Assembly: GCA_951406725.2 (NCBI GenBank)
Contig: OX597825.1
Location: 4,402,001-4,466,000 of the forward strand
DNA from: Octopus vulgaris
Taxonomy: Eukaryota
Direction of reading: 5' to 3'
Length of the DNA: 64,000 nt
Positions 12,953 through 25,949 of this stretch are shown here, in pieces. The notes beneath the pieces are model-generated. The model was not told the origin of the DNA, searched no databases, and saw only the letters and a list, made by a program, of their open reading frames with translations. A program made the translations under genes and the position numbers. Within the stretch, counting starts at the first letter, position 1. Each line of letters begins with the position of its first letter.

Positions 12953-13621
12953 GAGTGCTAGCTTTTATATTGCAAGATTATCCGTTCTCATCTGATACTA
13001 TATGTTATATATACTATCTTTGGTGTGGGTATAATATTTGTTAGGAAATATTAGTATAATTATCTTTTGCTTAATGACAACACTACTCTTCTGTGTCATA
13101 TGATTTTCTATAATTTAGAAAGATGTCATTTCCTCAGATTCCTTGTTTACTATATAAAATTAAATATATTACAATTAGAATTGATTGTTTTGTTTACTAT
13201 TAATATTAAACCAATGCCATAACTTCGTTTTGTAACCATGATTGACACCAAAATATTTTCAATGTATATTTTACATTTCTGTTTTTCATTGAATGTAATT
13301 ATAATATAATATTACTTGAAATATATTACCTGTAACTAACTGAATACTTAACTATGACATTCTCTACAGGTATGCATTAGCTTGTCAATAAATATATGTT
13401 TTAATTTCAATTTAAGAGTAGGTTTCAAATGTATCGTTGTATGAGCTGTTAAATAAACAGCTATACACCCACAAGTATCAACTACAGCGAAATAAAAACG
13501 TTATATGCTTGTACTATACTGTGAGTGTGTGTATGTATATATATAAACACCCATGGTCCCTTCATTTGGTTGAAACTCTGATGGTATCCAATAAGTATCA
13601 ATATATATATATATATGTTGT

Positions 13622-13807
13622 TTTCTAATCTAGACAAAAGATTCGAAATTTGGGGTGACGGTACCGGTCGATTTGATCAAGACCAGTACCCCCGAAAGGA
13701 TGAAAGTCAAAGTCGACCTCGGCGGAATTTGAACTCAGAACGTAAAGACAGACGAAATACCGCTAGGTATTTCGTCAGGCATGCTAATGTTTCTGCCAGC
13801 TCGCCTT
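13622..13807 (-). mobile_element. SINE family B
   Basis: CCCCGAAAGGATGAAAGTCAAAGTCGACCTCGGCGGAATTTGAACTCAGAACG...TTCTGCCAGCTCGCCTT. Confidence 0.88.
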
Positions 13808-14489
13808 ATATATATGTGTGTGTGTGAGTGAGTGTGTGTGCGTGTGTGTGTGTGTGTGCGTGCATGTGTGTGTGTGTGCGTGTGTGTGAGTTTGTGTGTG
13901 TATTGATAAAGGAAGATAGTAAGAATTTGCATGAATAATATGATACCATTTATGTAGAGCATTCCGCCTTGAAGCATTGATCATGAATAGTGGCTGTTGA
14001 ATCATCTTCATGTTCATAAGTTGAAAAAGGTGAAGTGTTCAATATTTCGTTTGGGTTTTGGAAAGTGGATGTTTGAGAGGCGTTATTTCAGATGCAACTT
14101 TTCATTTTTCATCTATGTGTGTGCATGTGTGTATGTGAACGTGTGTGTGTGTGTGGTGAAGTTTTAAACAAAGCATATATGAGGTTTTTGTAAGCTTGGT
14201 TAGAGAAGAAAGAAAAAAAAATGATGTTAATGTGTTTACAGGACGGTTGATTTGATGGGAGGTCAAACCATGTCAAACATTTTATCGATAAAATGTTTGA
14301 TTTCTGTCGACCTCTCATCGCATTAACCATCCTACAGAACTTCTCCTTATTTTAAATCTTCTTCTTCCTCCTCTAACCAAACCGACCTAAATTTCTTATA
14401 TACTTCGCTTAAAATTTAAAAATTTGCCACACCCATACATAAATACGCATCTCTCTCTATATATTTGTACATACATATACATGTGTGAT

Positions 14490-14680
14490 ACCATGATAGA
14501 TCATTAGCCACTACACACATTTTTTTCTCTCCTTGTTTTTTCTGTGTCCCTTTCTGTAGGAGAGCGTAGGCCCGAAACGTAAAAGACGTTTTTCTATTCC
14601 TGAGTGTTAAACTAATACATCTGTTTGTTTCGTACACCAACTGTCTTCGTCTTTTGTTTTTTCGTAAACTCTCCCTGTCT
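14490..14680 (+). mobile_element. Hammerhead-containing short repeat, family H1
   Basis: CTTT-CTGTAGGA-GAGC-gtag-GCCC-GAAACGTA-AAAG plus a tail homologous to 4770-4860. Confidence 0.6.
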
Positions 14681-17449
14681 ATGTATTTATGTGTGCATGT
14701 ATGTATGTATGTATGTATGTATGTATGTATGTATGTATGTATGTATGTATAAAGGATTTTTTTTCAACAGCCTGCTAGTTCATGACGAATCCTTGCACGG
14801 GATGTAAGCGGTCAATAAGTAATATTTATCCAAACTCTACCTACCTTCTCATATCAATGCATAACAATTGTACAACACTACAAACAATCTATGCACACAC
14901 ACACGTAAGTACACAACGCATACGCTCACACATGCTCTCCCTCACAAATATGTAAAATGTGTGTATATCTATGCATATATATGATAGAGACATGTATGTA
15001 TATATAATTAGAGAGAAGGGTATGAAAGCGGTTCAAAGAATGGCAAGTTACTAGAAGTTCTATCTATATTTGATTTTGTTAAATTTATTATAGGTGATAT
15101 ATATAAATCGAATATTTTGGAACTGGGGTCGTCTTTTGGCAAACGCAGTATGTAAAAGGGCAGCGAATGTGTTTTGTGAAGCTTATCGCTAGACAGCATT
15201 TCTCCTCGATTTTTTTATGAATTTCACTTTTTTAGATTAGCATGGCAGAATCTCGTGTTCTTCATTGTGTCTCTTATATCATATGGTTTTGAAAGACCAG
15301 GTACGTAATATGTTTTTTTTATTTTTTGTTTATTGTTGTAGATTTTGTTTTGTCATTTCAGCATATCCTACGCATAATCCTGTTGAACTCTGGGTTTGTA
15401 AAACATATATACAGAAGAGGACTACTAGCTTGTAAAATTCGATATGATGTCATTTATATATATATCACCCACGCAAAACCATATTCAACCGTCTCAATGT
15501 ATATATTATTATCATCGTATTTCCACTTAAATGCAGATTTGCATCGAAAGGACTTCAACAAATTATTCCACTGTATTTTGATGTTATTAGCGATTATTTG
15601 AATGCTGTATAAATAGATGTCATTATATAAACATACTTACAACTTAGAAGAGACCACATCTCTTTTCAAGACTTTTCTCTCATACATTTTTACCTCTGTT
15701 CCTCCGACGTTTACACATCACATTTATTATTCACGTCGATATTGACACTACCGGTGTATTAAAAATGTCTTATCTCACTTTTAGCATGTTTCAAATGTCT
15801 ACTCGGATCTGATATATTATTTAAGCTTCTATATCAAAATGCAATTCTTAATTTAATATTCTTACATACTCACATAACAGTCATAATACCACCGGGATTA
15901 CAACGTATATCATTTAAGTCTGTCATTATATGACACCATATAGATATGGTATATAGTGATTACTTTTTAATGGAAATTAATAGAAACTGCACAAATGCTG
16001 TCAATATGAAAACGTGATTTAATAATCAGTGACATAAAAACTGCCAACGAATATTTTTAAGATTTATTGAATGTACATTTTTTGTTCCTATATTTGTTTC
16101 ATCGTTCATTTTAGTCTTCTTTCTTTATAGTCACCTTACTTCGTTCAGTCTTATGTTTTGTATTCTCTCTATAGTATCTCTGATTTCTATTGACATTCTC
16201 TTGAAATTTTTGAAATAATTGCTTCTTGTGTTTTGGATTATTTAATTTTTTTTAGATAATACAGTTATATTTTTATTGCTGATTTATTAAGAAATGCAGT
16301 GCTTATAATCAGTTTGAGACGGGAGGAAGGAATAAAGTATTATTAAGATACTTGACCCATATGTTTATACGACAGTGTAAGACTTAGCCAAATGTTCTCG
16401 AGAACCAAATAGCTGTATTGAACCGAGCACTGGGGTATGCCATGAAAGATTCAAGGTCATGTGGTCATGTGAAATTATGAACATTTTCAAAGCAAGGATG
16501 CCGTATATGCTGTTCAGGAATTGAGTCAAGTAAATAAAGACACGTCTCAGCGTATCTGACTCAACGTCTTGTTTTCATGAAATAATGCTGATGTACCAAA
16601 TGATTGACCGAGTCAAGAAGAAACGTTAGTGTGTGGCCTCTTTGTATATACTAAATTTATGCCTTCAGAAATTATAGTGTGTTGTTGCAAGATGAATATC
16701 TAAACGTGCAATATCGATACAAACATTTAATTTTTCCTCTATGGTGAAATGATTGAAATGGGTCTTAATCAAATTGATCGAAGAAATACGCTGATCTAAG
16801 CAATTCATGCAGCAGGGAAAAAAGGTGCTCAGTATGTTATAAAACAATATTCCTTATGAAACATTTGATTTGAAGAATCAGTTACGAAAACCATTGAGCA
16901 CTGTACTGCCGCTTCCCCACAAAAAGACATTCACTTCTAGAATTTTCAACAATTTCTGTTATAAATCTTTGGTACATTCAGGCGTTGCTTGTACAAAAAA
17001 AATCGGTATTTCAACAACAGCGAAAATGTCATTCAAGTGTGTTCGGGATTAAGGAACTACGCTTAAAATAACGGTTTTCCAAAGTTCTTATAACATTCAT
17101 ATGTAATCAAATACCATGCCTAGAATATAAATAATGGCATGCTCCGTGACCTTTGAATCAGTTTAGAGGTATTACTTTTCACATCAATATCGTACTCGCT
17201 GACTCAAGTTTTATGGATGTGGTGTGGTGGTGGTGTTTTGATATTGCACATAACATCATTTTATAAGCATCCATCAATGTTTCTCTTAGTGTGTATGTAC
17301 ATATGTGTGTGTGTGCGCGTGTGCTTGTAAGTGTGTGTGTACTTGCTGTAAGCAGAGTAGATTACAAAATATCATTACAGTATTAAATCTGAAATTTTCC
17401 CTTGCGCATAAATATTCATGTAATTCTTAAAGAATTAATGTCATTACGT

Positions 17450-17665
17450 TGACGAGATGGCAGAATCGGTAGCGCGCAAGAGAAAGTGTTCGGTGGTAAT
17501 TCTTTCGACTTTACGTTCATAGTTCAAATACCGATGAGGGCGGCTTTACCTTTCATTCCTTCCTGGTCGATAAAATAAGAAGCTGTTGGGCACTGCGTCG
17601 ATATATTCGACTGAGCCCTACCACCAAAACTTTCAGACCTTGTACCTGTTATAGAAAGGATCTTT
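17450..17665 (+). mobile_element. SINE family B, degraded
   Basis: GAGATGGCAGAATCGGTAGC...AGTTCAAATACC...CTTTCATTCCTT...GTCGATAAAATAAG...CCTTGTACCTGTTATAGAAAGG. Confidence 0.8.
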
Positions 17666-18451
17666 TTTTATGTCTACATAAATACGTAACTTAAAAAAAC
17701 ACTTACATGATGTGTGCATAAATAATACTCATCCAAAGTGGAACCTATAACCGTCCCTTTTTAGTTGAACACATGAAAATTGTGGAAATTCTTTTGGTAA
17801 AGTTAATCCAAAAAATAAAGGCTTTTTAAATCGGTTTTATTTAAAGCACGATGTGATCCGAGTTCCACTGTTCCAGAAATGAATTATAAGTAGAAATAGT
17901 TTTATACTTGTTTCAGACAATAGACTGGAGACATGCTGGCCACAAATAGGCAACAATCATTAATTATTCTTTAATCTGCTACATATTCTATCCGTCAATT
18001 TTGACGAACCCTTAGACTCCATGGACGTAAATATGAAACCATGAGAATGAGTATCTACACTGCATTGGTGGATAATGATGCTTTAGTTGTGTATTAAGGC
18101 TACCATTAGTTTCATGTTACGAATTATATTCAAGCTTATTACATAGAAAAAAATGCTGTTCGTCTCTCTCTCCTCTCTTTTTCTCTCTTTCTCTACGTCT
18201 CCACACTCTCCATTTGACATGAAAAAATATGAACCGACTATTAGAATTTACACACCATGGACATGCACCATTTCTACCACTTCTACACACCACTTTCCTT
18301 GCATAATGGAACTGCAACTATAACATATTTATATATTTTTATTTCTACATTCATTCTCCTATTTCCCTCAATACTCCTCATTTCCTTCTTTTTCCAAAAT
18401 AACTCCTTATATTGAACTCTAATATTTCCCTCTATTTAACCATCTCACATT

Positions 18452-18499
18452 GTCTCTGATGAAGGGATATCCCTAATGTCCCAGAAACAGCTGTAAGAC
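18452..18499 (+). ncRNA. Type I hammerhead ribozyme motif (intact core)
   Basis: Stem I GTCT/AGAC; core CTGATGA; stem II GGGATAT/ATGTCCC flanked by single A residues; GAAA; palindromic stem III ACAG-CTGT; GUA cleavage triplet. Confidence 0.75.
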
Positions 18500-18702
18500 T
18501 ATGTTTTTCTTTATAAGTGACCTGAAAGATCCACACAATCTTGGCTTTGTTGTCTTATTTGAACATATACAAGACCCGCATTAGACTCGTCTCTCCTATC
18601 TTTCGCGAACCAAGAGTCTGATTACGGTCCTTCCATAGCACTTACATAGCGTTACTTGCCACCTTGAATCTTCTGGATACCAATACCTCAAATATATATA
18701 TA

Positions 18703-18703
18703 C

Positions 18704-18790
<87 letters not shown>
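18703..18790. repeat. (AAT)n microsatellite
   Basis: Perfect trinucleotide run. Confidence 0.95.
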
Positions 18791-18791
<1 letters not shown>

Positions 18792-18807
18792 TATATATAC
18801 ATATGTT

Positions 18808-18839
<32 letters not shown>

Positions 18840-18908
18840 TAGAGGGAGGGGGAGACAGAGAGAGAGAGAAAGAGAGACAGACAGACGGGCAGACAGACAA
18901 TATTAAAA

Positions 18909-19047
18909 ATAAGGATTGCTCCGAAGTACCAATAGGATTACCTTTAATTCTACAAATATATACTGCCTTTCAAGACCTTACTTTTTACTTATATATATAT
19001 ATGTAGAATTAAAGGTAATCCTATTGCTACTTCGGAGTAATCCTTAT
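18909..19047. repeat. Fold-back inverted repeat (arms of about 50 bp)
   Basis: ATAAGGATTGCTCCGAAGTACCAATAGGATTACCTTTAATTCTACA versus reverse complement of the right arm ATAAGGATTACTCCGAAGTAGCAATAGGATTACCTTTAATTCTACA; spacer about 30 bp. Confidence 0.9.
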
Positions 19048-19803
19048 CTGGACGGTCTCCTTGTTTAAGATGGTGAATGCTGCCATGATCCTTACCTTCG
19101 GTTTATCTTTGCTTGATTTTTATATATGCGTTCCACACATAATAATCAAGGGGTTGCAGTCTGTGGTCAGATGTTATGGGAGATATGATCGCAGAAATTG
19201 TCTGACTATCATGACTGGGTTCTCCTGCTTTTGTGGCATGGTGCAGCGTCCTTTTGCCAGACACAGGGTCTTCCAGCACCAACCCTCTTCACCCAGGGCA
19301 GCACTACCTTACCCAGACACTTAATGTAGGCTCCTGTGTCTACTTGAGTCTCAGGCTGTGTGAGAAGATGAATGGAGGCCATCCTTAGTAATCACTCCAA
19401 ACAGCTTAATGTTGACTGGATGTTTAACTTTCATCACTCTCAGTACATGCTTTCGGGGCACGGCAACCACTCAGATCGATACCCAAACACACTAAAATGT
19501 TCGCATTGGAGATTCGGCGCGAACACCATGCGGTGCAGCATGTCGTTTCCATATTTGGGGGAGAGCGGTTTGCGTCGTAGTGCTGTTCTTCCCACGGACT
19601 GCGCCCGACTGACACTGCAATACTGTTTACTTGACAAACTTAAAAGCAAATAAGGCCAATGCGCGAAATTGAAAAAAAAAAATGAAACGGTGACAATTTA
19701 CCCATCGTATGCTGTATATATATGTGTGTGTGTGTGCGTGTGTGTATGCATGTGCATGAATATCTGTATGTGTATATATATATATATATAAATATATATT
19801 ATG

Positions 19804-19869
<66 letters not shown>

Positions 19870-20088
19870 GTGCGTATGTGTGTGTGTGTGTATATATAGA
19901 TACCTATATACATATCAAGTCCTAGAATTTGCACGTTGAATATTGCGCTGTGCAGACGTATGATAAACAGACACGAGAAATATTGTCTTATTTTCGATTG
20001 TCAAAAATAGATTTGTCTTATCCAAATATACTGTGCAAATTTTTATGATTCATTGTATTTTTTTCTATTTTATACACACACACACATG

Positions 20089-20171
<83 letters not shown>

Positions 20172-20574
20172 GTATATATGTATGTATGTATGTATTGTGT
20201 TCACCTTATCTATGGTTCCTTGGTTATTGCTGATAATTCTTCAATATAAAACACTTTTTACGCTTGAGCACTTTGAAGTTCTGATAATAACCTGTCATTA
20301 CTCAAACCCTCAAATCTTCCTCGCAGATATCATATTCCTTAGAGCCACTACTTCAATATATATTCTGAAATAATCTTCGGCTTTAACTATATTATATTTA
20401 AATCGACGACCATCGACAGAAATAAAAATATAGGTAAGTTTTTTCTTCTCTCCATATTAATGTGATGACTTTCACAATTTCTATCATCTATTTTCTATTT
20501 CCTCCTGTCTCTCATTAGCTCTCCTCTTCTTACTTTCCTCTTCTTTTACTTATTTACTCACGTTTTGCACAGAT

Positions 20575-20641
<67 letters not shown>

Positions 20642-21966
20642 ACTGTATGTCTTTGGTTTTTCGTGTGTTTTTTTGTCTTGTTCTATTTTGTGTGTGTGTG
20701 TGTCTAACAAAGTAATTAAACATTGACATTTATCTCTATTTCGAGAATAAATTGCCAAGTTGATCCCCTGTCATAAACGGTTCTTCATTATGTCAAGTCA
20801 ACTCTGATAAGCAGCGTCCGAGTTTATATTTCCGTCGATGTTGCGGCGAGATTCGTGCTTGCTTCAAAGAAGAGAAGGGAAGCAATAAAAGAAAGGAAGA
20901 AGAGAAGACCAAAGAGAGAGTGAAAGTGGAAGTGAAAGTGGAAATGAAAGAGAGAGAGCTGGGTTTCAGAGAAACCAAGAACAAAGATAGAGAGGAAGAA
21001 AGCACATGATAGATATAGCGAGATAGTGATACTCAGAGAGAGAGAGGGTACAGAAAGGGAGACAGAGAGTAAGAAAGCCGTAGAAAGCGAATCATATAGA
21101 GAGAGGGAAATAACGCAGGAAAAATCAAAAGAAGGTAGAAAAAAATAGGAGAGAAGAAGCGAAATAATGGAAAGCGAGCGTACATTATCATAGGAATTAA
21201 ATTTATTGCTTCATATTTGTGATGAAAAGATGAAAATATGACAGAGAATGAACTTCTTTGGCCTAACAATCTAAATATAAACCCAACCTTGTATATGTGT
21301 CTAGTGGGCGATATTTAACATCGGTATTCGAGGCAATTATTTATGATGCGTACAGGCTTTGTTCTTTACATCTGTGAATAAAAGACAGCGGCGTAGAATA
21401 ATAAGTAAATGTTATTGAAGTATTATCAGTACTTAGGAACGATTTCAAAACAAATTTTTCACGTAATTTTAATTGTAGGCTCACTGAACTACACATGTTC
21501 ACACGCATAATTACAAAGGCAGCGAATGACGTACAGAAAGAATGAGATTGTGTGGAGAAAAATAGAAAAATAGAGAGCGACATAGAACAAGATATTTATG
21601 ATGCTGTTACTGTTTCTGAACTAATAGCATTGTCACTGGTTTACAGAGGTCTAATCAGCTTAATTACATTGATATCATGGGATGCAATCACATACATGGG
21701 GTAGGTCTCTTATCATAATGGCGGGGAGGACACTTATCATACACGATTTGAAGGGAGTGCGACAAGTTTTTCCTGCTTCAACAATGGTTACTTCATTCGC
21801 CAATTCACATCGACAGAATATACAATGCGAAAATACAGATATATCCAGCTTTTATGCATTTGTGTATAGGTATACCTGCGCGTGTATATGTGTGCGTGTG
21901 TCTGTGTGTTTGCATGCACCATGTAGTAGGTAAACATGTACATATTTATAGATAGATACACGTATT

Positions 21967-22004
<38 letters not shown>

Positions 22005-22005
<1 letters not shown>

Positions 22006-22119
22006 GAAGAGCGTAGGCTCAAAACATGAAAGACATTTCCGATTTCCCTTGCGTCAAAATAATACACCTGCTAGTTGTTCCTTCACCTTCCTCGTCTTTT
22101 GTTTACTGTAAATTTGAAC

Positions 22120-22121
<2 letters not shown>
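22005..22121 (+). mobile_element. Family H1 repeat, 5'-truncated within the hammerhead core
   Basis: TGAAGAGCGTAGGCTCAAAACATGAAAGAC plus the H1 tail, flanked by (TA)n on both sides. Confidence 0.65.
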
Positions 22122-22175
<54 letters not shown>

Positions 22176-22708
22176 TTCTTATATATATGTATATATATAC
22201 CGTTCAAATTTGTATGTATATAAATGTTTGTGTGTGTAGATAGGCATACGTGTGTATGCATGTGTGCTGCCCTATCTGGGTGCGTGTGTGTGTGTTTGTG
22301 TGTGAATGCCATCTCAGTGGGGTTCTGTAGAGATATTTGCAACTTCCAATTCTTCCAATCTTTGCATCATGCATAATTATACATAAATGCCTAAATATTT
22401 CACTAACTCCAGCATCGTAACTTTTCCCTCGAAAGAGAATCAGTGTGAGATGGTGTGTATGAAAGCAGGTTGCATAAATCTCAGGTGCAGCACCCCAATA
22501 AATTCGACACGGAACTTTTCCAAGTTTGAATCACGAAGCAAATGCTGCTGAAGTTATATTAAACATCCATTCCTTCTCATAGACATACAATAGTAAAACA
22601 TATAATGTCAAAGAACCCTTTACGCCTACATTTCTTCTTAGAAGAGCTAAACTTCTGCAACATAACGCTTATGCCGTTATAGATAATATGTGTAGTGTTG
22701 AGGTGTAG

Positions 22709-22747
<39 letters not shown>

Positions 22748-23076
22748 CGTGTGTGTGTGTATGTGTTTGTGTGTGTATGTATGCATATGTGTGTGCGTGT
22801 ATGTATGTGACCCTGGGGGCAATTATGCGTATGATTTGAGTGTGTCTGTGTGTCTGCGCGCGTAAATGCGTCTGTATGAGAGTGACAACGTTTCCATGCA
22901 TTTTAAATTCTCTTTCAATTTGAATTAGGATTCATAACTTCTCATGTAAACGAACATCTTACCATATTTGTAAGAATCTGTGTACTAAATTATTCATACA
23001 TGTTTGTATACATGTATTTACGCATACACAAATTCATATATATATATATATATATATATTTATATGAATATACATA

Positions 23077-23151
<75 letters not shown>

Positions 23152-23177
23152 TGTGTATGTGTATATATATATATAAA

Positions 23178-23230
<53 letters not shown>

Positions 23231-23854
23231 GTATGTATATTACTATGCTAACATACGATTTACTAAAAACCGTGTTATTAGATTTTATTGATAAACATTC
23301 GAAATAAGATATAAAATATATTTTAAAATAATTTACCATAAATAAATTACTATCACCAAAATACGAACATAATCTAAATGTTAAGTGTCTATTATATACA
23401 AAGTCTATATTGCGATATTTTTTTCGTTTTAAATTATAATTATCTATGAGAATCCATTTAAAAATGTTTACATTCATTTAATTTCCTAATTAAATGGGCC
23501 AAATCTTGAAATAATCTGGGAATGTTGTGGTTTATTGAATTATTTTGTAAATTTGTAATTTGCGTTTATTGACAAATTCGCGTCGAGCAATTATCCACAC
23601 AAACAAATGCAGAGTGTATAAAAGGTTAGTAATTTATGAACATGTGTGGAAAATATTTATATTCTCATTAGTGAGAAAGATCATACAACTAATTTGTGAA
23701 AGAGAAACGCAATATTTAGATTTGTAATTTATCAGTTTTATTTCTATATGAACATATTAAGAGTATTTGCATTTCTCTCTGTACATATGTATATTATAAT
23801 CTGTATATCTATGCAAGGATGTATTATGTACGAGTGTATATATATCCAGAAACA

Positions 23855-23866
23855 TAGATAGATAAT

Positions 23867-23915
<49 letters not shown>

Positions 23916-24420
23916 GAATGGATAGATAGATGGATGGATAGATAGATAGATGGATGGATGGATGGATGGATGGATGGATGGATGGATGAATGGATGGATG
24001 GGTAGATGGATGGATGGATGTGTGAATGGACAGACTGATAGACGGACGGATGGACAGAGAGATAGATAGATAGATATATTTCTTTATTGCCCACTAGGGG
24101 CTAAATACAGAGGGGACAAACAAGGACAGACAAAGGGATTAATTCGATTACATCGACCCTAGTGCGTAACTGGTACTTAATTTATCGACCCCGAAAGGAT
24201 GAAAGGCAAAGTCGACCTCGGCGGAATTTGAACTCAGAACGTAGCTGCAGACGAAATACGGCTACGCATTTCACCCGGCGTGCTGACGTTTCTGCCAGCC
24301 CGGATGGATGGATGGATGGATGGATGGATGGATGGATGGATATATGGATGGATGGATGGATGGATGGATGGATAGATGGGTGGATGGATGGATGGATGGA
24401 TGGGTGGATGGATGGATGGA
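23855..24420. repeat. (GATA)n/(GGAT)n compound microsatellite interrupted by a SINE
   Basis: Tetranucleotide arrays on both sides of 24077-24299. Confidence 0.9.
24077..24299 (-). mobile_element. SINE family B, well preserved, alternative 3' tail
   Basis: Family B head and body; tail reverse complement is CCCTTTGTCTGTCCTTGTTTGTCCCCTCTG...GGGCAATAAAGAAATA. Confidence 0.9.
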
Positions 24421-24729
24421 CAGTCGGAGAGACAGAAGGTGAGACTGACATACAGGTAGATAGATAGAAAAAAGAAAGAAATATAGATATTGTTTTAATA
24501 TGTACACATAATGAGGCGATGCTGGTGCATCAGCCCTTTCAAGTTTTAAATGATTACATAGAGCTCATCATGGATGACCTTCCATTTATCTGAAATTGTT
24601 ATGCGAAGAATTAATAGCAGCGAATATACGAATGCACACTTATTCATACACACATTGCACACATACGCACATACACACACACGCACACGCAGACCTCCGC
24701 GCACGCACATATCCACACTTACACACACA

Positions 24730-25008
24730 TTCCTCCTCCTCTACCACTCTCCTGTCTTTGAAAAAACCTTTCTTCACCCATTTCCTTCCGGTCTTTCAAA
24801 ATGTGACCGCATGTGTACCGTTGGCGATTTTTTCCCTCTGTCTTCCCTTCTCTGGATCTTTCCTTCTCCTATGTTTCCGATGAAGTGCTCCGCTCGAAAC
24901 GTTAAACCCTCCTTCCTTCCTTCTTTCCTGAGTGTCCAATAATACTATATTTGTTCCACATCCTCGCGTTGTTGTGTTTTTTTGTGCTTTCTTGTTTGGA
25001 TTAACTAT
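24730..25008 (+). mobile_element. Hammerhead-containing short repeat related to H1
   Basis: GTTT-CCGATGA-A-GTGC-tcc-GCTC-GAAACGTT-AAAC at 24873-24907. Downstream CCTGAGTGTCCAATAATAC parallels H1 CCTGAGTGTTAAACTAATAC. Confidence 0.6.
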
Positions 25009-25507
25009 CTATGTATGTATGTATGTACACACAACACTGTTTAATCTTGAATCATAACGTTTTCGGTGCTAAAAATCGTACAGCAGCTCTTGGATATATT
25101 ATTGTAAATACACCCTGGGTAGAGATCAGAAAAAATACCATTTCTGATTAATTTAGACAACGATATATGCATAGATCGAAGAATAGGGAAAAACAAATTG
25201 CAGAATCATTCGTCTCAACATCAAAAGATTGGCGTCATTTTTCGTCAAAACACAATGTGAAGAACGCCGAAGAATTGTCGCATGTTATCAGTGTTGTGTT
25301 TGCGAGATTAAAGAAGATTAAAGAGAATATCAAAGTTGGTGTAGAAAGAGCTGGAATGGAATACAAGAACGGAATGGAATGTAAGAGAGGAGAATAAAAA
25401 GAAACCTAAAGCAAGACGTACAGAAAAAGGAAAAAAACATCTTTAAAAATCGCAGCGAGAGGATTAATAATAAGCTGGAGAATCAGAACCGCTTCGCGCT
25501 ACAAATG

Positions 25508-25880
25508 TACATGTGTTCGGATTAATTTGACAGTTTGCATAAAAGGAAAAGGAAAGAATATCTCGTCCAAAATTAAAAGTATTAAAAAAAAGTATCGATT
25601 AGATTGTGCTGGGAGATAAGACTTTACTAAAAGTAGCGTCCTTGGCTTGTACCACTGTCTGAAAAGGCTCGGAGACCTGGCTCATGCATTCCTTACCATG
25701 TCTTTAGAAAGATGTTCGAATTCTTCTTTGACCATAGCCACCTCTTCGACCTCTGTATAGAGCGGTTGGTCTTTACCTCAACCGTTTTCCATACACTAGT
25801 ATTGCAATCGGGGAAAATAGGGGGCTAGGAATCGGGGCTGGCGAAATCGTAGAAATTCTGACTCTTTCTAGAGAACACTC
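25508..25880 (-). mobile_element. Tc1/mariner-superfamily transposon 3' fragment
   Basis: Minus-strand remnant NFYDFASPDS*PPIFPDCN..VWKTVEVKTNRS..EEFEHLSKDMVRNA*AR..QTVVQAKDATF resembles the C-terminus WPPNSPDCNPLD..VW...AVVEAEGGYFE. Degenerate TIR near 25508. Confidence 0.7.
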
Positions 25881-25949
25881 ACGGGATACACACACAATGG
25901 TAGTCTCAATAAAGTGGAGCTTGGTTTTCATGATAAGTGGTATATGATA

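Noticed and set aside
19050-19653. GC-richer segment with overlapping ORFs (LSGHG..KCSH)
   Set aside because: Only a faint resemblance to a non-LTR C-terminal zinc knuckle, with stops in all frames; cannot be assigned.
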